A DNA stretch of 64,000 bases, from positions 45,306 through 109,305 of the forward strand of contig JBGAQA010000013.1 in the NCBI GenBank assembly GCA_044220955.1, given 5' to 3'. A program made the position numbers and the translations under genes. The notes below the pieces were generated by a model, which saw only the letters and a program-made list of their open reading frames with translations, did no database searches and was not told the origin of the DNA. The DNA is from Sandaracinaceae bacterium (lineage in GTDB: Bacteria; Myxococcota_A; Polyangia; Polyangiales; Sandaracinaceae). Shown piece by piece: positions 29,999-37,968 of this stretch (positions are counted from its first letter, which is position 1; every line of letters begins with the position of its first letter).

Positions 29999-31357
29999 GT
30001 GCGGCCCATCCTCCTGCTCGAGCTCAACGAGGTGCACTGGCCGGTGCTCGACCGCATCGCCGCTCGCCACGGCCGCCTGGCGGGGTGGCTCGCGCGAGCA
30101 CGCTCTCACACCACGATCGTCTCGCCCGAGACCCGGCTCTCCCCCTGGATCACGTGGCCGACGCTACATCGGGGCCTCCGGGCCTCCGAGCACGGCATCA
30201 CGCACCTCGGGCAAGATCCGCTCACGGGGCATGGCACTCCCCTCTGGGTGGAATGCCGGCAGCGCGGCGGATCGATCGGCATCGTCGGCGCGCTGCACAG
30301 CTGGCCCCCCGGAGATCCCGGGCCGGACGGGTTCCACGTCCCGGACACGTTCGCCGCGAGCGCCGCGTGCTGGCCGCCGGAGCTGGAGCCCTTGCAGGCC
30401 ATGAACCTCGCGCTGACGCGCGAGAGCGGTCGCGTCGCGAGCCGCCGCGTCCCCATGCGTCAGGCGCTCGCCGCCCTGCCGGTCGCGCTGCGCCTCCGCT
30501 TGCCTCCGTACGTCGCCTCGCGCGCCGCGCGGCAGCTCGTCGCCGAGCGCCTCGACGTCGACCGGCGGGACGCGCGCCCGCTGGTGCAGGCCACCCTCTT
30601 CTGGAACGTCTTCCGGCGTCTCTACGCGCGCGCCGGTCGACCCCTCGCCTACGCCAGCTTCTTCACCAACCACGTCGCGAGCGTGCTGCACCGCCACTGG
30701 CGTGAGGCCTTTCCCGAGGAGCTCGCGCCGCGGATCAGCAGCCGCGTGCATCGCGACACGGTCGAGCGAGCCTTCGATCTGCTCGCCGAGATCGTCGTCG
30801 ACGCGCTCGCGCTCGCGCAGGCGCACCCCGACCTCTTGCTCGTGCTCGCGAGCAGCATGGGTCAGGCGGCCGTCCACCGCGGCGCGCACCACGGCCGCGA
30901 GCTCGCGATCGGCGACCTGGCTCGCCTGCTCGCGCTCGCGGGCATCCCCCCCGAGGCTCACGCCCCTGGCATCGCGATGGTCCCGCAGGCGACGACGCGC
31001 GTCGGGGATCCCGCCCTGCGCGCTCGCGTCCGGCAGGAGCTGCACGCGCTGCGCACGATCTCGGGCAAGCGCTTCCTCGACGTGGAGGTGCGGGGCGAGA
31101 GCGTCAGCGTGACGATCGGTACTCCCCCGCGCGGCGACATCGATTCGGGGGTGCTGGTCGAGCACTCGGGCGCGCACGTGCGCTTCGAGGACGCGGGCAT
31201 CGTCGTGCACGAGGTGGCGCGCGGCACCGGCAATCACGTCCCGCAGGGCGCGCTCGCGCTCGCCGGTCGCGGCATCGCGCCCGACGCGTCGCGCTCGGAG
31301 ATCCCGCTCGAGAGCGTGAAGGGGCTCCTGCTCGAGCTCGCGGAGCATCCGTCTTGA
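29999..31357 (+). CDS. Alkaline phosphatase/nucleotide pyrophosphatase superfamily-like protein
   Basis: LLLELNEV, LSPWITWPTLHRG, FFTNHVAS..HRHW, ASSMGQ, TGNHVPQG motifs. Confidence 0.6.
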   Translation: MRPILLLELNEVHWPVLDRIAARHGRLAGWLARARSHTTIVSPETRLSPWITWPTLHRGLRASEHGITHLGQDPLTGHGTPLWVECRQRGGSIGIVGALHSWPPGDPGPDGFHVPDTFAASAACWPPELEPLQAMNLALTRESGRVASRRVPMRQALAALPVALRLRLPPYVASRAARQLVAERLDVDRRDARPLVQATLFWNVFRRLYARAGRPLAYASFFTNHVASVLHRHWREAFPEELAPRISSRVHRDTVERAFDLLAEIVVDALALAQAHPDLLLVLASSMGQAAVHRGAHHGRELAIGDLARLLALAGIPPEAHAPGIAMVPQATTRVGDPALRARVRQELHALRTISGKRFLDVEVRGESVSVTIGTPPRGDIDSGVLVEHSGAHVRFEDAGIVVHEVARGTGNHVPQGALALAGRGIAPDASRSEIPLESVKGLLLELAEHPS

Positions 31358-33033
31358 GCGTCGCGGCGATCCGCCGCCTCGTCGGCGAGCGCGTGCTCTC
31401 GTGGCTCGCTCTCGGAGCGGCGGCGGGCGCGGCGCTCGGAATGGTCGAGCTGGCGATCGCGACGTGCCTCCTGCTCTTCCTCGAGAGCCTGGGGCTCACA
31501 CCCTTCGGCGCTGCGCGGCCCGCGTGGGTGCCGGCGCCGATCCCGCTCTCTCGGGCGCTCGCCGGTCTGCTCGTGATCGCGGCCGTCCGCGCGGTGGCGC
31601 ACTTCGTCGCGAGCCAGTCGTCCTACGAGGCGCAGTACGGGCTCGACGCTCGCTTGCGGCGGTTCGCGCTGCACCAGATCCTCGTGCGCGAGGCGCGCCA
31701 CGTCGAGGCCGCCGAGCTGCACCGCCAGCTCGCGGACACGTTCCCGAGGGCTGCGAGCGCGGCCAACCAGGCCGCCGCCTTCACGTCGGCCTCCGTGCAG
31801 GCGCTGGTGATCGCGGTTCTCCTCTTGATCGCAAGCCCGGTCGAGGCGCTCGTCGGGCTCGCAGGCCTGGTCCTCGTCGGATCGCTCGTGCTCGGGCTCC
31901 AGCGCCGCGTGCGCCAGATCGCCGAGAGCATTCCGCGCGATCAGCGCACGCTCTACCGGGGGATCGAGCGGGTCGCGCGGAACTTCGTGCTCGTGCGCGT
32001 GCTCGGGACGGAGCGACACGAGCGTGGGCGCCTCACCCGTGCCGTCGACGGCTTCGAGGGCGAGGCGCGTCGGGCGTCGCGCCTGGTCAGCCTCGCGTAC
32101 GCCGCCACCCCCTTCTTCGGGTCGCTGCTCCTCGTGGCGATCCTCGCGCTCGGGCACGCGGGATTCCACACCGACGCGACCCGGCTCGTGTCGTTCGCGT
32201 ACCTCTACGTCCGCTTCGTGCAGACGCTCGCGGGGGCCGTCCGAACCTTCACCGGCGTCGCCCAGTCCTGGCCGCAGCTGCGCGAAGCGGCCGCGCTCGC
32301 GTCCGGCCTGGACGAAGCAGCGCGCGCCGAGGCTCTCGGTCCGGTCGCGGCCGAGGGGCCGTCGCCGGAGCAGCGAGCGACACCGACGAGGCCGCCCTCG
32401 GTGGCGCTCGACGGGGTCCGTTTCCGACATCCCGGCGCGACGGCGGACGTGATCTCGGGCCTCTCGCTCGACATCGGGTCCGGGGAGCAGCTCGCCATCC
32501 GCGGTCCGAGCGGTGCGGGCAAGAGCACCCTCGTCCTGCTCGTCCTCGGCTTCCTCGAGCCCCGGGCGGGCACCGTCCGGCTCGACGGCCGTGCGCCGAG
32601 CGAGCTCTGGGGCGCCGGGCGCGCCCGCATCGGCTACGTGGGGGCCGAGCCCTACCTCGTCGCCGGCACGCTGCGCGACAACCTCGGGTACGGCCGCCGC
32701 ACACCACCGACCGACGAGGCGATGTGGTCCGTGCTCGCGACCGTGCGCCTGGACGCGATGGTCCGCGCGCGTCCCGAGCTGCTCGATCTTCCCATCGACG
32801 AGAACGGCGGCGGGCTCTCGGCGGGCGAGCAGCAGCGCGTCGCGCTGGCGCGCGCGCTGCTCGGCGACCCGCTCTTGCTCGTCCTCGACGAGGTCTCGGC
32901 CAACCTCGACGCCGAGCTCGAGCGCGAGATCGTCGAGGTCGTGCGCGGTCTGCGCGGCCGCTGCACGACGATCGTCGTCTCGCACCGGCCCGCGATGCTC
33001 GCGCACGCCGACCGCGTCGTCACGCTCGTCTGA
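31354..33033 (+). CDS. ABC exporter, fused permease and ATPase (no C39 peptidase domain)
   Basis: N-terminal TM helices; GPSGAGKS, LSAGEQQR, LLVLDE, VSHR. Confidence 0.92.
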   Translation: MSVAAIRRLVGERVLSWLALGAAAGAALGMVELAIATCLLLFLESLGLTPFGAARPAWVPAPIPLSRALAGLLVIAAVRAVAHFVASQSSYEAQYGLDARLRRFALHQILVREARHVEAAELHRQLADTFPRAASAANQAAAFTSASVQALVIAVLLLIASPVEALVGLAGLVLVGSLVLGLQRRVRQIAESIPRDQRTLYRGIERVARNFVLVRVLGTERHERGRLTRAVDGFEGEARRASRLVSLAYAATPFFGSLLLVAILALGHAGFHTDATRLVSFAYLYVRFVQTLAGAVRTFTGVAQSWPQLREAAALASGLDEAARAEALGPVAAEGPSPEQRATPTRPPSVALDGVRFRHPGATADVISGLSLDIGSGEQLAIRGPSGAGKSTLVLLVLGFLEPRAGTVRLDGRAPSELWGAGRARIGYVGAEPYLVAGTLRDNLGYGRRTPPTDEAMWSVLATVRLDAMVRARPELLDLPIDENGGGLSAGEQQRVALARALLGDPLLLVLDEVSANLDAELEREIVEVVRGLRGRCTTIVVSHRPAMLAHADRVVTLV

Positions 33034-33042
33034 GGGGCCCGC

Positions 33043-33489
33043 TCAGGGCGCGGGCGGACCGGCGTCGGCGCCCGTGTCGAGCGCCTCCGTCGGGGCGGCC
33101 TCGACCGGCGCGATCGTGGGCCCGAACGTGCGGCGCACGTAGCCGAGCACCTGCGTGATCTCGTCCTCGGTGAGGATCTCGCGATGGGCGGGCATGACGC
33201 CGATCGCGCCATGGCGGCCGTCGCGGATGGACGTCACGAGCTCGGCGTCGGGGCGGGTGAGCGGGCCCGTCTCGGACGTGAAGTCGGCGCCGGTGACGGC
33301 GCCAGCGCCTCGACCGTCGTTGCCGTGGCACGGAAGACAGCGTGCGCGGTAGATGCGCTCCGCCGGATCGTCGGTGGGCAGCGCCCGCTCGACGTCTACG
33401 CGCGCGATCGGCCAGTCGGCCGGATCGTGCTCGGGCACGCGCGCGCACGCGGAGCACGCGATGAGCGCGAGCACGCCGAGGCGCCTCAT
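33043..33489 (-). CDS. Monoheme cytochrome c lipoprotein
   Basis: LIACSAC lipobox; CLPCH; VMPAH axial Met. Confidence 0.88.
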   Translation of the reverse strand: MRRLGVLALIACSACARVPEHDPADWPIARVDVERALPTDDPAERIYRARCLPCHGNDGRGAGAVTGADFTSETGPLTRPDAELVTSIRDGRHGAIGVMPAHREILTEDEITQVLGYVRRTFGPTIAPVEAAPTEALDTGADAGPPAP

Positions 33490-35024
33490 CCGACCGCCTG
33501 CGCCACGTGCTCGGCCGCCCACGACGCGAGGCCGTAGATGGAGATCTGCGGGTTCACCGTGCACGAGGTCGGGAACACGGAGCCGTCGACGACGAAGACG
33601 TCGTCCAGCGCGTGGTGCCGCATCGTGCGCGAGTCGACCACGCTCGTGCGCTCGTCGGTGCCCATCGCGCAGCCGCCCATGCAGTGCGCGACGAAGACGG
33701 GGACGTCGCAGGGCTCGAAAGAGGCGGCGTCGACCTCGCGCTCGATCTCGTCTTCGGTCGTCGCGTACACGCCCTGCGGGCTCGAGACCTGGCGCGCGCC
33801 GGCCGCCAGCTGGACGCGCATGCAAGCCTTGGTCGCCGCGCGCAGGGCGTCCATCAAGCGTGGGGTCCACTTGTACGTGATCACGGGACGGCCCCCCTCG
33901 CCCAGCGTGATCGTGGCTCCCTCGTCCGCGTCGGCGAGGTCGAAGCCGTCGTGGGTGAGCGCGCCCGTGAGAGAGCTGTAGGGCATCAGCTCGGCCTGGG
34001 CTTGGCGCTCGGCGCCGAGGCTGCGCCCGAAGCTGCCCGCCGACATCGGGAAGATCGGTGCCCCCTCGATCAGGAATCCCATGTCGGCACCGCGATCGAC
34101 GAACTGGTCCGAGTACACGTACTGCGGCGATCCGACGAAGGGCTCGACGCGCTCCGCGTGGACGCCGACGCCACCGACGGCGGGATGGAAGAACGTGCGC
34201 CTGCCCGTCCGGCCGCTCGGGTCGATCCCCGAGCGCAGCAGGATCGCGGGCGTGTTGATCGCGCCGCCCGAGAGCACGGTGGCCCGTGCGCGGACGGTGA
34301 TCGTGTGTGGCGTCGGTCGGTCACGCGCGTCGCGCACGCGGGCGATCACGCCGGTGCACCGGCGCCCGTCGACCTCGATCCGCTCGACCCACGCGTTCGC
34401 GTAGATCTCGGCGCCGGCCTGCACCGCCTCCGGGAGGAACGTGACGAGCATGCTCTGCTTGGCGTCGATGACGCAGCCGACGCCGCAGTAGCCGGTGTGG
34501 GCGCAGTTCTTCACGTTCCGAAAGAGCAGATCCTTGTGCCAGCCGAGCGCCTCGAGGCCGCGCCAGGTGATCCGGTTGTTGCGGTTCACCTGGTCGAGGC
34601 GCATCTGCACGACGTTCAGGCGCTGCTCGATCCGCTCCCAGTGCGGCACGAGCGCCGCGTGGGAGATGCCGTCGACGCCGTGGTGCTCCGCCCAGTGCTG
34701 GTAGACGCGCTCGGGCGTGCGGAAGCACGTCGTCCAGTTGATCACGGTGGTGCCGCCGACGGCGCGGCCCTGCAGGATCGCCATGCTCTGGTCGACCGTC
34801 GCCCGGCCGCCTCGCTCCTGGTAGAGGCGGCCGATCATGTTCCGCTCGGTGAGGTCGAACGTGTCGCTGGTGTGGAAGCCGCCGTCTTCCAGCACGACGA
34901 CGCTCTTGCCGGCCGTCGCGAGCCGCTGAGCGACGACCGCACCCCCGGCGCCCGAGCCGACGACGCACACGTCGCACTCGAGCGTGAGGTCCCCATCGAC
35001 GTGCGCGCCGGTGTGGATGCTCAT
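33486..35024 (-). CDS. GMC family oxidoreductase
   Basis: VVGSGAGG, GRAVGGTTVINW, GGAINTP.ILLRSG, HCMGGCAMG, VVDGSVFPTS..VNPQ. Confidence 0.93.
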   Translation of the reverse strand: MSIHTGAHVDGDLTLECDVCVVGSGAGGAVVAQRLATAGKSVVVLEDGGFHTSDTFDLTERNMIGRLYQERGGRATVDQSMAILQGRAVGGTTVINWTTCFRTPERVYQHWAEHHGVDGISHAALVPHWERIEQRLNVVQMRLDQVNRNNRITWRGLEALGWHKDLLFRNVKNCAHTGYCGVGCVIDAKQSMLVTFLPEAVQAGAEIYANAWVERIEVDGRRCTGVIARVRDARDRPTPHTITVRARATVLSGGAINTPAILLRSGIDPSGRTGRRTFFHPAVGGVGVHAERVEPFVGSPQYVYSDQFVDRGADMGFLIEGAPIFPMSAGSFGRSLGAERQAQAELMPYSSLTGALTHDGFDLADADEGATITLGEGGRPVITYKWTPRLMDALRAATKACMRVQLAAGARQVSSPQGVYATTEDEIEREVDAASFEPCDVPVFVAHCMGGCAMGTDERTSVVDSRTMRHHALDDVFVVDGSVFPTSCTVNPQISIYGLASWAAEHVAQAVG

Positions 35025-35662
35025 GCCCCGCCCTCTTCGTAGGGGCCGTCGCCGCTCGCGCTCATCTCGCGCAGGGCGACCAGGTTGTCTGCGTACATGC
35101 TGCGGAGCGCGTGCCGGTCGGGCGGGCCGGGGTAGCCGATGCCGGGCCACGTCCGCGGATCACCGTAGTAGAGCGACGTGCAGAGCGCGGAGAGGGCGCG
35201 GAACACGGTCCGCCGGACGGCCACGCGCGAGTCGCGCCACGCGTAGAGCACGGCGTCCTGGTCCTCGGGCGCGAGCTGCGTGAAGGGCCGCGCATGCTCG
35301 AAGAAGAGCGCGCCGGCGAGGCCGCTCTCGAAGAGCGCGAGCGCCGACTTGAGCCCGCTGCCCACCTCGGGATCGGAGCGGTCGAGGAGGCGATCGGCGG
35401 CCAGCGCCACGCCGATCGTGTCGGCGCCGGGCACGTCGGGCCCGGGCTGGGGGCAGACGCGGGCGGCGAACGCGGCGAGGATCGCGTGCTCGTCCTCGCT
35501 CAGGACGCGCAGGGGCTCGGCGGGCGCCCCGCCGCGCTTGGTCGGCCACATGGCGAGGCCGACGCCGCCGAGCGCGAGCAACGCGCCGCTCACGAGCGAG
35601 CCTCTCAAGAGGCGGCGCCGCGAGAAGGCGGAGACGGCGTCCTTCGGGCTCGGACCGGTCAC
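35021..35662 (-). CDS. Tat-exported partner, gluconate 2-dehydrogenase subunit 3-like
   Basis: SRRRLL twin-arginine signal; RPFTQL..EDQDA.L..W, YYGDP..WP.IGYPGP. Confidence 0.8.
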   Translation of the reverse strand: MTGPSPKDAVSAFSRRRLLRGSLVSGALLALGGVGLAMWPTKRGGAPAEPLRVLSEDEHAILAAFAARVCPQPGPDVPGADTIGVALAADRLLDRSDPEVGSGLKSALALFESGLAGALFFEHARPFTQLAPEDQDAVLYAWRDSRVAVRRTVFRALSALCTSLYYGDPRTWPGIGYPGPPDRHALRSMYADNLVALREMSASGDGPYEEGGA

Positions 35663-35719
35663 GGCAGCGAGTCTCCCGCGCACGGCCGCGCGTGGTCAAC
35701 CCGGCGCGGCCGTCGCCAT

Positions 35720-36682
35720 TTAGGGGCTCGCGAGATCCGTGTGCAGCACGTACACCGAGGGACGGGCGAGCGAGCTCAGGTAGACGTCGTGTGGACCGAA
35801 TGCCGTGTCGCCGAACACCCCGTTGGCCGGGAGCGTCAGCTCGCGGTTGCCGAGGAGCGAGCGCGGTGCGGCCGTGGGCGCCGCGGGATCGACGACCAGC
35901 ACGCCGGCCCCGCTCGTGACCAGCACGAGCGATCCGGTCGAGGTCGTCACCAGACCGTCCACGTTCATGACGCCCTCGTGCGCGGGCGAGGGCGTGCCGT
36001 AAGCGCCCGTGGTCCGGTCGAACGAGAGGGCGTGCACCGTCGTCGTGTCCCACGAGGCGACGTAGAGCGTGCTGCCGTCCGGCGAGAACGCGAGGCCGTT
36101 CGCATACGAGATCGACGCGACGAGCGCGACGTGGCTGCCGTCCGCGTCGGCGCGGAAGAGGGAGTCCGCGCCGCTGTCGGAGAACACGATCGAGCCGTCG
36201 GGCGCCTCGGCCACGAAGTTCGTCAGGACGAAGTCCACGCCGCCGGGCCCGGTCGTGACGAGCGGCGAGACGATCCCGTCCTGCGTGACCGAGAAGATCG
36301 CCGCAGCGCCGCCCATCGCCGCGGGCTGCTTGGCGCACACGAGCAGCGTTCCGTCGGCGCGGACCGCGAGGCCGACGGGCGAGTCGATCGAGACGAAGTC
36401 GCCGACCACGCCGTCGGGCGCGACACGGACGACGCGGTCGTCGCTCGTGCCGACGTAGAGCACCGGCGCGCCGTCGAGCGTGCGCCCGATCGCGATGCCC
36501 TCGCTGGTGCTTCCGAGATCGGCGAACACCTCGAGCGCCCGCGGCCCCGCGTCGCGGCTGCTCGCGGCGTCGGCCCCGCCGGCGGCGTCGACGCCTACGC
36601 CTGCGTCGACCGGCGGTGTCGAGGGTGCCCCGCACGCGACGAGCGAGGCGACGAGCGAGAGCGGGAGGGAAGTCCGTGCCAT
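35720..36682 (-). CDS. SMP-30/gluconolactonase-like beta-propeller lipoprotein
   Basis: SLVAC lipobox; EGIA, ANGLAFSPDGSTLYVA, VDGL. Confidence 0.85.
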   Translation of the reverse strand: MARTSLPLSLVASLVACGAPSTPPVDAGVGVDAAGGADAASSRDAGPRALEVFADLGSTSEGIAIGRTLDGAPVLYVGTSDDRVVRVAPDGVVGDFVSIDSPVGLAVRADGTLLVCAKQPAAMGGAAAIFSVTQDGIVSPLVTTGPGGVDFVLTNFVAEAPDGSIVFSDSGADSLFRADADGSHVALVASISYANGLAFSPDGSTLYVASWDTTTVHALSFDRTTGAYGTPSPAHEGVMNVDGLVTTSTGSLVLVTSGAGVLVVDPAAPTAAPRSLLGNRELTLPANGVFGDTAFGPHDVYLSSLARPSVYVLHTDLASP

Positions 36683-36728
36683 GCGAGTCACCCTAGCAGG
36701 GCGGTCGCTCGACCGGTGGACCGGTGGA

Positions 36729-37874
36729 TCAGAGCCCGAGGGGCACGAGCGCCGGGAACGGGTTGTCCGTCGCGTCTCCGAGCCCGAGCTGTCCGTATTC
36801 ACCGCTGCCCCAGCACCAGAGCGTACCGTCGGTCCGCTGGGCGCAGGAGTGATCGGCGCCGACGGCGAGCGAGAGCCAGTCGTCGTCCGCGCCGACGCGC
36901 GTCGGCGTCGCGTGAGGGGAAGGGCCCTGGTCCAGCCCGAGCTGACCGCTCGCGTCGTCGCCCCAGCACCAGAGCGAGCGGTCCGTTCGCAGCGCACACG
37001 TGTGCGAGAAGCCTGCGGCGACGAACGCCCATCCGACGTCGGAGCCGACCCGGACGGGCACGTGGCGGTCCACCGTGTCGCCGAGCCCGAGCTGGCCGAC
37101 GTCGTTCGCTCCCCAGCAGTACAGCGCACCATCGGTGTCGATGGCGCACGCGTGGCGCGTGCCCGTACCGACGGCGACCCACGAGCGCTCCGCGCCCACC
37201 CGCTGGGGCGTGCGCTGATCGACGACGCTGTCGATCCCGATCTGACCGTTGGAGTCGTCGCCCCAGCACCAGAGGCTGTGGTCCTGGTGCAGGCCACAGA
37301 CGAAGCGTGCGCGCGCCACGATGTGCGTCCACGTGGTGTCGGTTCCGACCTGCCGCGGCGCGTGCTCCTCTGCCGTGCTCTCTCCGAGACCGAGCTGTCC
37401 CGCGGGGTTCGCGCCCCAGCACCAGAGCGTGCCGTTCGCTCGCAGCGCGCACGTGTGCAGGCCCCCCAGCGTCACCTGCACGAAGTCATCGTCCACGCCG
37501 ACGCGCGTGGGCATCGTCTGGTCGATCGTGTTGCCCAGCCCGAGCTGTCCGTGGACGTTGGTGCCCCAGCACCACATCGAGCCGTCCTCGGCGATGGCGC
37601 ACGTGTGGCGCGAGCCGCCCGCGACGTCGAGCCAGGGCAGGTCCAGCGGCTCGTCGGTGGGCTCGACGAGCTCGGCGAGCAGACGGTTCTGCACGTCGCA
37701 GATCCCGAGCTGGCCCTCCGAGTTCTCGCCCCAGGCCAGGAGGGTGCCGTTCGCGGTGATGGCGAGCGAGTGGCCCCAGCCCAGCGCGAGCCCTCGCAGC
37801 GGCGGGAACGTGCGCTCCTGCCGGCACGAGACGAGCACGAGCAGAGCGAGCGCCACCACGAGTCGATGTCGCAC
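36729..37874 (-). CDS. RCC1-repeat lipoprotein
   Basis: LVLVSC lipobox; about 7 repeats of G..HTCA...DG.LWCWG.N..GQLGLG. Confidence 0.9.
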   Translation of the reverse strand: MRHRLVVALALLVLVSCRQERTFPPLRGLALGWGHSLAITANGTLLAWGENSEGQLGICDVQNRLLAELVEPTDEPLDLPWLDVAGGSRHTCAIAEDGSMWCWGTNVHGQLGLGNTIDQTMPTRVGVDDDFVQVTLGGLHTCALRANGTLWCWGANPAGQLGLGESTAEEHAPRQVGTDTTWTHIVARARFVCGLHQDHSLWCWGDDSNGQIGIDSVVDQRTPQRVGAERSWVAVGTGTRHACAIDTDGALYCWGANDVGQLGLGDTVDRHVPVRVGSDVGWAFVAAGFSHTCALRTDRSLWCWGDDASGQLGLDQGPSPHATPTRVGADDDWLSLAVGADHSCAQRTDGTLWCWGSGEYGQLGLGDATDNPFPALVPLGL

Positions 37875-37968
37875 GTACGATCTCCTGGCGAACCCTGGGC
37901 GCTCGCCTCGGGCGGCGAGTTGATCGCCGTCAACGCGCTCGGACCTCGATTGGCCAGGCTCCGCCCAG

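Noticed and set aside
23853..33033. Conventional lasso peptide cluster
   Set aside because: No asparagine-synthetase-like cyclase is recognisable in the locus or window, and the predicted core starts with Gln; a cyclase acting in trans cannot be excluded.
36729..37874. RCC1 DNA repeats as a repeat array or diversity-generating target
   Set aside because: In-frame protein repeats; no reverse transcriptase or template repeat nearby.
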